Part shown: one piece after another, positions 28,101 to 35,765 of the stretch
Layout of the letters: every line of letters starts with the position of its first letter
Numbering within the stretch: position 1 is the first letter of the stretch
From: a virus
Taxonomy: Duplodnaviria > Caudoviricetes
DNA length: 59,403 nucleotides
IMG/VR virus record: IMGVR_UViG_3300028883_000053
Span: 1 to 59,403 of that record
Strand: one strand, 5' to 3'
Made by a program: the position numbers and the translations under genes
The notes under the pieces: generated by a model
The model's database searches: none
The model's input: only the letters and a program-made list of their open reading frames with translations
Told to the model about the DNA's origin: nothing

Positions 28101-28720
28101 GGCATCTCCTTTCCCGCTACGATCTGCTCGTACGCATGCTTGAATAGCCCTGCGTACAATTCGACCTGACCTGTTCCGTTGTACAGCGCAGCGACCCTGG
28201 TCCAGTTTGCATTCTGCAGCGCCGTCACCGCACCAACCCGATACAGGTAAGCGAACACGGCTGCGACCTGATTTAGCTCGCCTGTCTCGCTGTCACTGAA
28301 CGACTCCATCATTTCCTGCACGGAAGCGTAGCCTATACCGCCATAGTTGAAGCCCATCACCTGACCTGCACCCATGCCGATGGATCGCATCGAAGCGTTC
28401 CGGTCGACGTCTGCGAAGTGCTGGAACGCATGCCATTCTTCCTCCTGCGACGCATGCAAGGCACGCCAATCTTCATCTTCGCTAGGTCGCCATTCTTGGT
28501 ACTTCCACGGCTCGTCCTTGTCATACACGAGCGTCTTTTCGTACAGATCGATGTTGGGCGTTAGCGAGTCGAAAACATGCGCCTCGAATCGTATGATCAA
28601 TCTACCCGCAGGGCTGAAGCCAGACCCGCCAGACTCGACCCTAAGCAGCGCCCTGATATAATCTGGGTCGATGCCCAATATGCGGGACTGTGCCTCGATA
28701 AACCATCGTTTCTCGTTCAT
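28097..28720 (-). CDS. N-acetylmuramidase (DUF3380-type) endolysin
   Basis: VESGGSGF..IRFEAHVF..SIGMGAGQVMGFNY..W..VA.LYNG. Confidence 0.88.
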   Translation of the reverse strand: MNEKRWFIEAQSRILGIDPDYIRALLRVESGGSGFSPAGRLIIRFEAHVFDSLTPNIDLYEKTLVYDKDEPWKYQEWRPSEDEDWRALHASQEEEWHAFQHFADVDRNASMRSIGMGAGQVMGFNYGGIGYASVQEMMESFSDSETGELNQVAAVFAYLYRVGAVTALQNANWTRVAALYNGTGQVELYAGLFKHAYEQIVAGKEMP

Positions 28721-28731
28721 TCAAATGCCTC

Positions 28732-29082
28732 CTAAATCAGCGATTCCTGCTTCAGCCATTGCGGTATATTTCCCTTCCGTATCGATTGCTTGGCCTTGCG
28801 CAGATCGTCCTCCTTGCGCCCTATTTCCTGCATCGCAACCCGCAGCGCGTCGGTCATCGGCTGCACGTTGCGCAGGTCGACCCAGCGCCCTAAGCCTGCG
28901 TCTGCGTCTCGCTTGTCGGTTGCTATGCGCACCTGATCAACACCTTCTGATCGACCGAACACACCGAACAGACAATCGCTTGTTACCCATGCCTGTCGCA
29001 GTGACGGCTCGTCGAATCCCGACGCAAGATACCAGCATATTTCGTCCAACGGTTCTAGCGCCGTCACAGCACGCCTCCCCAC
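28732..29082 (-). CDS. Hypothetical protein (start uncertain)
   Basis: Operon member. Confidence 0.5.
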   Translation of the reverse strand: MGRRAVTALEPLDEICWYLASGFDEPSLRQAWVTSDCLFGVFGRSEGVDQVRIATDKRDADAGLGRWVDLRNVQPMTDALRVAMQEIGRKEDDLRKAKQSIRKGNIPQWLKQESLI

Positions 29083-29450
29083 ACTTCGGGGTCAAGTATC
29101 GGATCATCGTCGTCATCGTCCTGTGGGCTGTCTGTGGCGTCCTCGTCGTCGCCTGGACCTCCTGCCTGCCCGATAAGCAGGTTGCGGCTAATCAATCCCT
29201 CTAGCATGTCATCTGACGGCTTCGACCAATCGCTGGTCGGGTCGCATACGGCTATGTGGCCTCGCCACTTCCCATCATCGTCCAGTGATAGTTCCTGGCG
29301 CACAAGGACGACAGACTTAGTCGACGGCAGTATGAGCGTTATCGTGCGCAGCTTGTGATGGTCTTTCTCGAAGTCAGCGATGACTGCCTCGCTTTTGTCA
29401 ATCTCCCAGGCGATCCAGTTGCCGCGTATGTATTTCGGTTCTTCTTTCAA
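29064..29450 (-). CDS. Hypothetical protein with acidic tail
   Basis: GGAGG RBS, TTG start. Confidence 0.55.
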   Translation of the reverse strand: MKEEPKYIRGNWIAWEIDKSEAVIADFEKDHHKLRTITLILPSTKSVVLVRQELSLDDDGKWRGHIAVCDPTSDWSKPSDDMLEGLISRNLLIGQAGGPGDDEDATDSPQDDDDDDPILDPEVWGGVL

Positions 29451-30176
29451 TTAAGCCTCCGTCCATTCCAAGAATCGTTTGCGGTCCCACACTGACGGGT
29501 CATCCATCCACGATGTATCAGGCACGGATAGCAGAAGCGCATCACGCACCCGCAGCCACCCGTTGCGCAGAGGCATTCTGCTTTCCTTGCCTGCGCGCGT
29601 CGTCCAACGCATAGCCTTCGCTTTTTCGCAGGCAATCGCGACCTCGACCGTCGAGACTGCGTCCTGCGTCACGTACTCTAGGACCTTGTCAAACTCGCCA
29701 TCACGCCACATCTTCGGCGCTAGCGCTCCCGACATACCCTCTGTCTTACCTGCGAGATTCATCGTCTTAGCGACCGTATCCAGACCGACACCGAATCCCT
29801 TTGCGCAGACCACATGAAACATCATGTCGATGTGGTTTAGCGCTATCCGTGCGCAGTCTGCATAGCGCCCTGATTCGATTGCCAAAACACGGAAATCAAA
29901 TGCTAGCCCGTTCCAGGTGACGAGCGTGTATCCTGCGTCGACGAAACGCTGCAGTTCGTCGACCATAATGGACGCTTCCTGTTGCGACATCTGGCCGTTG
30001 TGTGGCACGTTCTGCGGCGATGTATAGCCAGCGTGCCACGTGTACGGCGCAGCGCCGTCTGCGTACGCCATAGCGCCCACGGTGATACCCAGCGGAACTA
30101 GGTCGAGCCAGTCTTCGCCCTGCTCGATGTCCTTGTAGATTTCGATGTCCCATCCGCACAACTTGCGGTCTATCAT
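29451..30176 (-). CDS. RNase H-like (DEDD) 3'-5' exonuclease
   Basis: WDIE; TWNGLAFD; HIDM; YVTQD. Confidence 0.8.
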   Translation of the reverse strand: MIDRKLCGWDIEIYKDIEQGEDWLDLVPLGITVGAMAYADGAAPYTWHAGYTSPQNVPHNGQMSQQEASIMVDELQRFVDAGYTLVTWNGLAFDFRVLAIESGRYADCARIALNHIDMMFHVVCAKGFGVGLDTVAKTMNLAGKTEGMSGALAPKMWRDGEFDKVLEYVTQDAVSTVEVAIACEKAKAMRWTTRAGKESRMPLRNGWLRVRDALLLSVPDTSWMDDPSVWDRKRFLEWTEA

Positions 30177-30239
30177 TACCCGATCCTTTCTGCGGGCTGT
30201 GACGCTCCTCCGAACGTCCCAGCCCGCACGATGTATCAC

Positions 30240-30629
30240 CTAGAACGGGATGTCTTCACCGTATCCTGCGTCACCGCCACCACTAGACGGCGCTGGCGCA
30301 TCTGACTTGTTGCCGAGGAAGTTGACGACACGTGCCGTCACCTCAAGTGACGTGCGATGATTCCCTTCACGGTCCTGCCAGACCGTCGGCTCCTTGACCT
30401 CACCCAGGACCATCACCTGACGACCCTTGGCTAGGTGTTCGGATACCGTGCTGGCTAGCCTTCCCCAGCAGGTCACCTTCCACCAGATGGTTTCCTCCTG
30501 CGTCTCACCGTCCTTGGTCCAGCGGCGTGACGTCGCCATACTGAAGTCCGCTACCTCTGTCCCTGACGGCGTATACCGCATTTCAGGGTCGCGTCCTAGG
30601 TTGCCGATCAGCGTGATTTGTTGAAACAT
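30240..30629 (-). CDS. ssb: Single-stranded DNA-binding protein
   Basis: LIGNLGRDPEMRYTPSG; C-terminal DIPF. Confidence 0.95.
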   Translation of the reverse strand: MFQQITLIGNLGRDPEMRYTPSGTEVADFSMATSRRWTKDGETQEETIWWKVTCWGRLASTVSEHLAKGRQVMVLGEVKEPTVWQDREGNHRTSLEVTARVVNFLGNKSDAPAPSSGGGDAGYGEDIPF

Positions 30630-30656
30630 AGCGCCTCCTTTGTAGGCTGCGTGTGG

Positions 30657-31199
30657 TTATTCAGACCAGGCATTTGCCAGACGGTCGACCGATTCCTTCA
30701 GGGCTAGCAGCGCATAGATGATGCCTGCAGCGGCGGCGTTGCTGTCACCGAGCATTTCTGCATAGTCACGTGCGTGGTCCTCGGTCACAACCTTCTCGAT
30801 CATCGGGTCTAGCACCAGATCGGAATTACTGTATTCGAATGCCTCTGGCGGCAGTTCGTCGATGTCTGGCAGCGGTCCAAAGTCAGGCTGCGACCCCTTG
30901 CCGTTGCTGTTGATCCGCAGCGTGGCGGCTTCTTCATTGTACGCTTTCTTGGTGTCTGACAGGCTCTTCTTCAGGTCCTGGTACTCACAGCCGAGAATTT
31001 CTGCATATGCCCGCAGAGCGTCTGTTGTGGTCCCACGTGCGGGAAATTCACCCCGCTCTATCATACTAATCACGTACTGATAGAAGTCCTTGTCACCGGT
31101 CAGTTCGATGACACGTTCAGACATTTCAGCCTGCGTCATCTTTGCGCGCTTGCGCAGGACGGCGATCAGGTTGCCAAATGTGATATTGTAGGTACTCAT
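30657..31199 (-). CDS. XRE-family HTH regulator
   Basis: FGNLIAVLRKRAKMTQAEM..ISMIERG. Confidence 0.75.
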   Translation of the reverse strand: MSTYNITFGNLIAVLRKRAKMTQAEMSERVIELTGDKDFYQYVISMIERGEFPARGTTTDALRAYAEILGCEYQDLKKSLSDTKKAYNEEAATLRINSNGKGSQPDFGPLPDIDELPPEAFEYSNSDLVLDPMIEKVVTEDHARDYAEMLGDSNAAAAGIIYALLALKESVDRLANAWSE

Positions 31200-31256
31200 T
31201 TGCGATTCCTTTCGTTTCGCTTGGTGACAGACTGCACCGTGCAGCCTGTATTATCG

Positions 31257-31289
31257 AGTGTATCATAGCGTCAACATGATGTCAATACC
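31257..31289 (-). promoter_or_regulatory. Repeated promoter (class II)
   Basis: GGTA-TTGACA-17-TACACT. Confidence 0.8.
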
Positions 31290-31296
31290 GATACAC

Positions 31297-31331
31297 TAAA
31301 AAGACGGGATCGGCCTCGACGACCGATCCCG
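31297..31331 (-). terminator. Intrinsic terminator
   Basis: CGGGATCGG..CCGATCCCG stem followed by TCTTTTT on the minus strand. Confidence 0.7.
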
Positions 31332-31343
31332 ATTGGTGACTCG

Positions 31344-31565
31344 CTATGCTGCGAAGGTCCAGCGCATGACATTGCCGTCACGTACCCAGCCGATCTGCAG
31401 CGTATACATTCCGTCGATATACTCGCCCGTTATACCCCAGATATCCCAGACCTGTCCGAGGATTTTCTTCGGCTCGTACCCCTCGGTGTGGTACTTCTTG
31501 ACGAAGATCGTGGCCTTGTCTCGCTTGACCTTTCGCATCTTCACTCGCTGTTGTCGGGCTGTCAT
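31344..31565 (-). CDS. Monocistronic cassette protein
   Basis: Own promoter, AGCGACGAAAGG RBS and terminator. Confidence 0.65.
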   Translation of the reverse strand: MTARQQRVKMRKVKRDKATIFVKKYHTEGYEPKKILGQVWDIWGITGEYIDGMYTLQIGWVRDGNVMRWTFAA

Positions 31566-31595
31566 GTCGCTGTCCTTTCGTCGCTGGTCTGTTTT

Positions 31596-31645
31596 CGTTC
31601 ACTGATTGAAGTGTGTCACAGCGTAGTGAGTATGTCAAGACCCAA
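31596..31645 (-). promoter_or_regulatory. Repeated cassette promoter (class I)
   Basis: TTGGGTC-TTGACA-17-CACACT-TCAATCAGTGAACG. Confidence 0.8.
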
Positions 31646-31648
31646 AAC

Positions 31649-31682
31649 AAAAGTCGGGACAGACCGCCTGATCTGTCCCGAC
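31649..31682 (-). terminator. Intrinsic terminator
   Basis: GTCGGGACAGA..TCTGTCCCGAC plus T-run on the minus strand. Confidence 0.7.
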
Positions 31683-31690
31683 ATGACGCC

Positions 31691-31909
31691 CTATTCCAGC
31701 AGGCTACGCAGGTAGTTCTTCAGGTCGCCTTCGTCACCCTCGCAGACGACGATTCCCGTATCGTGGCAGACCCTCTCTAGCATGCGATAGTTGCCAGCGC
31801 CTCGGTCGACGTCGCAGCGTACATAGTATGTGCCGCCGTATTCCTCGTTGAAAGCCTCGACATAGTCCTCTAGTACGGTCAGGTCGTCTAGCACGTTTGC
31901 GGTTGTCAT
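31691..31909 (-). CDS. Monocistronic cassette protein
   Basis: CTAGCGAACCGAAAGG RBS. Confidence 0.65.
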   Translation of the reverse strand: MTTANVLDDLTVLEDYVEAFNEEYGGTYYVRCDVDRGAGNYRMLERVCHDTGIVVCEGDEGDLKNYLRSLLE

Positions 31910-31966
31910 GATGCAGTCCTTTCGGTTCGCTAGTTGGGGCTGGACAGGTCGCCCAGCCCCTTGATG

Positions 31967-32014
31967 CTGATTGAAGTGTATCACTATGTCGGTACGTTGT
32001 CAAGACCCAATCTT
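31967..32014 (-). promoter_or_regulatory. Repeated cassette promoter (class I)
   Basis: AGATTGGGTC-TTGACA-17-TACACT-TCAATCAG. Confidence 0.85.
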
Positions 32015-32109
32015 AGAATTGGCCTGTTTTGGTCTGGTGACAGGCGCTGCGCAGGGCAAGCTATTAATAGAGCGCTGCGTCGACCTGCAGACCAATCTTC
32101 ACGAATTTC

Positions 32110-32157
32110 GAAATTGGGTCTTGACATCATACCCACGTTCTGATACACTCGAATCAG
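32110..32157 (+). promoter_or_regulatory. Repeated cassette promoter (class I)
   Basis: AAATTGGGTC-TTGACA-17-TACACT-CGAATCAG. Confidence 0.85.
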
Positions 32158-32207
32158 ATGCAGGACAACACGGGCGACAGCCCACAAGTGTACGAAAGGA
32201 CGCAGAC

Positions 32208-32441
32208 ATGAATGCAGAATACGGAGTAGAGGCGCTAGAGGCACTGCGAGTCGCAAAGCAGGCGCTGAAGGATCGGGACCTGACGACCGCCAACAAGTAT
32301 CAGGGTGAGGCGATCGACCTGGTAGGCGAAACGCCCGAGGTCTGGCGAGTCGGAAAGGCGATCCTGGCCCTTGAGACACTGCCAGAGTCTGGCTGGCCCA
32401 AGGTCGAGCCGTACATCGTCGACCTAATGCCGGAGTCGTAA
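32208..32441 (+). CDS. Small cassette protein
   Basis: GAAAGGA RBS. Confidence 0.65.
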   Translation: MNAEYGVEALEALRVAKQALKDRDLTTANKYQGEAIDLVGETPEVWRVGKAILALETLPESGWPKVEPYIVDLMPES

Positions 32442-32499
32442 ATCAATCAGGGACCTGTAGGAATGCAGGTCCCACCACCACCGACCACAGGGAGGCATC

Positions 32500-32697
32500 A
32501 TGAAGGCTACAGTCATCGAGGTACGTCACCCGAACCAGTACGAACGCCCCAAGGTCAAGGTTCAGGTGCGCAGGCGGTCGAGACCCGACTATCTTTTTAT
32601 GCGGGACCACCGCCACCTGTACGACCAACTGCAGGTCGGCGACACCATCGAGGTCGTACGCCATACCAACAACCCGTACGTCGTCCCTGTCGAGTGA
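32500..32697 (+). CDS. Small cassette protein
   Basis: Hairpin plus GGGAGG RBS. Confidence 0.6.
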   Translation: MKATVIEVRHPNQYERPKVKVQVRRRSRPDYLFMRDHRHLYDQLQVGDTIEVVRHTNNPYVVPVE

Positions 32698-32726
32698 CAG
32701 GGACCAACGCCCAAAAGGAGCGCATT

Positions 32727-33059
32727 ATGCTATACCGAGTCTACTATCAGAACGAGCCGAGCTTCGAAATCCCGAAGCAGATCATCGTAGGCGAGACCCA
32801 CACCTTCGTGCGCAAGGTCGAGGCGCTATCTCCCGAGGACGTCTATCGTGAGATGCAGGCGGAAATCTGGTCGCCAAACGGCGAGGCCAGGGACTTGATC
32901 CGCAAGCTGGGTCTCCGCCACACGTCAATGTCCGTGGGCGACGTGATACGCAGCGAGGACGGCTTCGAGGTCTACGTCGTCGACGATGTCGGATTTCGTC
33001 AGGACGTCACATTCTGGACGCGAACACCTGCGTATGAGCCAATCATCGCAGCGAGCTAA
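32727..33059 (+). CDS. YodL-like domain protein
   Basis: HTSMSVGDVI...VDDVGF. Confidence 0.6.
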   Translation: MLYRVYYQNEPSFEIPKQIIVGETHTFVRKVEALSPEDVYREMQAEIWSPNGEARDLIRKLGLRHTSMSVGDVIRSEDGFEVYVVDDVGFRQDVTFWTRTPAYEPIIAAS

Positions 33060-33112
33060 TCATCATAGGGACCTGTCACCGAGGCAGGTCCCGCAATCGA
33101 AAGGACTACATC

Positions 33113-33475
33113 ATGAACACCCGATATACACTCGTCGACTTTCACGTACCCAACATCGTGTCGGACGGCTGGACCATTTGGAACGCACCAAGACCGCTCG
33201 CGGGTCAGGTCGTATGGCAGAGCGATTTCGTCAAGGGCATCTTCTACGCTGCAGCCGATCCTGGCGACGTCGAGGGCTACGAGTACGCAGCCGACTTCAA
33301 CGAACGCATGGATGCCTGCATCCTGGTTAGGGCGACCGAGCAGCAGTGTGTGGACAGCGCTGTGGCGCATCTGACCGACAGAGGATATAAGCCCCTAGAC
33401 GTCAGCGTCTGCGTCCAACAGGACCGTGAGTGGGCTATACAGCGGGGTCTGGACGTGATGAACGGCTACGAATAG
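33113..33475 (+). CDS. Small cassette protein
   Basis: Hairpin plus GAAAGG RBS. Confidence 0.65.
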   Translation: MNTRYTLVDFHVPNIVSDGWTIWNAPRPLAGQVVWQSDFVKGIFYAAADPGDVEGYEYAADFNERMDACILVRATEQQCVDSAVAHLTDRGYKPLDVSVCVQQDREWAIQRGLDVMNGYE

Positions 33476-33484
33476 CCCGCACAA

Positions 33485-33558
33485 TACGAAAGGCCCTGCA
33501 GACGTGAGGCGTCTCAGGGCCTTCCTAGCGAACGAAAGGTTTTTTGTAAACCCACCGT
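33485..33558 (-). ncRNA. Candidate anti-RBS small RNA
   Basis: Minus-strand promoter at 33565-33593, no ORF, contains CCTTTCGTTCGCTAG, ends in the AAGGCCCTG..CAGGGCCTT hairpin. Confidence 0.45.
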
Positions 33559-33564
33559 GACATC

Positions 33565-33598
33565 ATATTAACACAGATGCCTCGCTGCGTCAATACCC
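33565..33598 (-). promoter_or_regulatory. sigma70 promoter for the candidate sRNA
   Basis: GGGTA-TTGACG-17-TAATAT with extended TG; first 14 nt identical to 8771-8784. Confidence 0.65.
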
Positions 33599-33624
33599 TG
33601 TCGGGACGAAAATAAATATTGGTC

Positions 33625-33678
33625 GAAATTGGGTCTTGACATAGACCCTACATTCTGATACACTCGAATCAGTGAACG
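33625..33678 (+). promoter_or_regulatory. Repeated cassette promoter (class I)
   Basis: AAATTGGGTC-TTGACA-17-TACACT-CGAATCAGTGAACG. Confidence 0.85.
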
Positions 33679-33709
33679 AGATAACCCGCCAGTCTGAAAG
33701 GACACAGAC

Positions 33710-34231
33710 ATGAAATTCTTCACAGGTATCAAGACCGCAGCGGACGCCAAGAAACTGTATCGCGAGCTAGCGATGCAATTCCACCCCGACAGAGGCGGCG
33801 ACGTCGAGACGATGCAGGCGATCAACGCCGAGTATCACGAGGTCCTGGCTAGCATGCACGGTCAGACGACGACCCAGGCAGACGGCAAGGAATGGACATA
33901 CTACTACAACGAGACGGTCGAGCAGGAAATCATCGACCAGATCGACGCCACGCTGAAGGCGGCAATCCTGACCGACAGCCACGACTTCAACCTTATCGGT
34001 CGCTGGCTTTGGGTGACGGGCGATACCCGACCCATCAAGGAGGGTCTGAAACAGCTACACTTTCGCTGGCACAGCAAACGAACCGCTTGGTATTGGAAGC
34101 CGTCGACAGCCAAGCGTAGCGTCTACAACAAGGGCGCTAGCCTGCAGGACCTAGCACGAACCTACGGTGCAAGCCACATCGGAACCGACCGTCAGGAGGA
34201 CGAGGCGAAGCAGGTCAAGGCGCTGACCTGA
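33710..34231 (+). CDS. J-domain (DnaJ-like) protein
   Basis: KKLYRELAMQFHPDRGGD..MQAINAEY. Confidence 0.85.
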   Translation: MKFFTGIKTAADAKKLYRELAMQFHPDRGGDVETMQAINAEYHEVLASMHGQTTTQADGKEWTYYYNETVEQEIIDQIDATLKAAILTDSHDFNLIGRWLWVTGDTRPIKEGLKQLHFRWHSKRTAWYWKPSTAKRSVYNKGASLQDLARTYGASHIGTDRQEDEAKQVKALT

Positions 34232-34249
34232 TACGGGCGACACACAAAC

Positions 34250-34277
34250 GGGACCTGCGCGCTGCAGGTCCCTTTTT
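34250..34277 (+). terminator. Intrinsic terminator (repeated GGGACCTG..CAGGTCCC hairpin)
   Basis: Stem plus TTTTT. Confidence 0.7.
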
Positions 34278-34288
34278 CATGAAGGGAT

Positions 34289-34693
34289 ATGACGATGTCT
34301 AACCAGTACTCAAGATCAAAGATAGCACGCATCGCAGCCAAGACCGATTGGCATTGCTGGTATTGCGGGCGTGAAGTCAGGCGCTACGGAATCGGTGTCA
34401 GCCATGCCGAGACGCTGCACCTAGAACATAGCACGCCACGATCTGACGGCGGCGACAATAGCGATGACAATCTGGTCCCTGCATGCGGGACATGCAACAC
34501 GTCGAAGCAGACTAAGGACGTAGAGCGATACCGTTTTTCCTGTATGCTGAAGGACCTGGGCATCGTGGAATTCTCCGACGCGCAGATAGACGCACTTGTC
34601 ACGATCCTGGGCTTCGATTTATACGAATCAGTGAGGGTGATGTATCGGAAAAAGCACGGCTGCGACATGCGCTTTTACGGCGAGGACTGCTAG
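34289..34693 (+). CDS. HNH endonuclease
   Basis: CWYCG..EHSTPRSDGG..NLVPACGTCNTSK. Confidence 0.85.
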   Translation: MTMSNQYSRSKIARIAAKTDWHCWYCGREVRRYGIGVSHAETLHLEHSTPRSDGGDNSDDNLVPACGTCNTSKQTKDVERYRFSCMLKDLGIVEFSDAQIDALVTILGFDLYESVRVMYRKKHGCDMRFYGEDC

Positions 34694-34696
34694 CTT

Positions 34697-34795
34697 ACCC
34701 TACATCGCATGGCGGTCATGGGTCAGGCGCATGAGCACCCCCCCCTACACCGTGTGGCGGTGACGATCAATATAAATACTTACTACTTACTAACG
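34697..34795 (+). repeat. Diverged copy of the origin-like segment 4151-4248
   Basis: Shared ACCCTACA, GGGTCAG, TGAGCACCCCCCC(C)TACACCG, ACGATCAATA and CTTACTAACG in the same order and spacing. Confidence 0.75.
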
Positions 34796-34869
34796 GCGCA
34801 GAAGCGCCAACAGCGCAGACGACGCTGCGCAGACTGTGCAGGCAATCTTCACGACTTTCGGAAATTCCC

Positions 34870-34920
34870 GAAATTGGGTCTTGACAACGTACCCACGTCA
34901 TGATACACTCGAATCAGTGA
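34870..34920 (+). promoter_or_regulatory. Repeated cassette promoter (class I)
   Basis: AAATTGGGTC-TTGACA-17-TACACT-CGAATCAGTGA. Confidence 0.85.
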
Positions 34921-35024
34921 AGGGCAAGACACAAATCCGAAAGGAAAGACGATAGACTGACAACACAACAAGTAGGGTCGGGCGACATGCCTGACCCGAC
35001 ACACAATCAAGAAAAGGCTACATC

Positions 35025-35225
35025 ATGCGACAGTCACAGAAATACAACGCCAACGTCGAGTCAATCATCAATATGCGCAGAGAGGTCGATGAGGGGCTGC
35101 AGAAAATCGACGAACTGCTAGAGGGTCACTACTACCACCCGATCACAGACCAGATCGTCGAGGAACAGGAACGCATCATCAAGTGCTACAAGTCTATGAC
35201 GTACGCGCTACAGGGCATGAAGTAG
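35025..35225 (+). CDS. Small cassette protein
   Basis: Hairpin plus AAAGGCTACATC-ATG, as at 5378. Confidence 0.65.
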   Translation: MRQSQKYNANVESIINMRREVDEGLQKIDELLEGHYYHPITDQIVEEQERIIKCYKSMTYALQGMK

Positions 35226-35293
35226 GCTGCAGGTCATCATACACGGGGCGGTCGTCTGACCGTCCCGACACCCAACCACGAAAGGCGAGCGAA

Positions 35294-35617
35294 ATGACAA
35301 CATCAAGTGACGTATACGTGAAGATCGAGCAGGGACAGACGGCGCGACATAGTCGACACTTTTACAAGGCGGCGCAACTACTGAGCCAGTCGATGCAGAA
35401 GCTACTAGCAGACGTGCAGGTCGAGAGGGACAAGCTAGAGGCGCAAATGGACGCCATCGAGGAAACGATGAAGAAATATCCTGCGATGCCACATAGCGAC
35501 GCCAAGGCATGCGACTACTTCGAGAAGGTCGAGCAGGAACGGGACGATCTGCAGGCTGCATACATGATAGCGCTGCAGGTATACGAGGAGTCAATCGAGG
35601 GGCTGAAGCTACTCTAG
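35294..35617 (+). CDS. Small helical cassette protein
   Basis: Hairpin plus GAAAGG RBS. Confidence 0.65.
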   Translation: MTTSSDVYVKIEQGQTARHSRHFYKAAQLLSQSMQKLLADVQVERDKLEAQMDAIEETMKKYPAMPHSDAKACDYFEKVEQERDDLQAAYMIALQVYEESIEGLKLL

Positions 35618-35634
35618 TTGCAGACGCAGACACG

Positions 35635-35670
35635 AAGACCCTGGCCCTAGCGGTCGGGGTCTTTTTATTT
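35635..35670 (+). terminator. Intrinsic terminator
   Basis: AAGACCCTGGCC..GGTCGGGGTCTT plus T-run. Confidence 0.75.
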
Positions 35671-35736
35671 TGCTGCCACAGCGCCACAGGCGCACGCTGT
35701 GGCGTTCTACGCACATAGCTGGTATATCAGGTCGAT

Positions 35737-35765
35737 TTGACAGCGTAGTGACGCTGTGATACACT
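35737..35765 (+). promoter_or_regulatory. Promoter of the capsid/tail operon (repeated family)
   Basis: TTGACA-17-TACACT; palindrome ACAGCGT-AGTG-ACGCTGT. Confidence 0.8.

Noticed and set aside
34709-34903. 64 aa ORF over the origin-like copy
   Set aside because: It has no RBS, runs into a promoter, and only partly preserves the initiator reading frame.
31200-35100. CRISPR array or integron attC array
   Set aside because: The repeats are promoters and hairpins with irregular, gene-sized spacing. No constant repeat-spacer period, cas gene or tyrosine integrase was seen.
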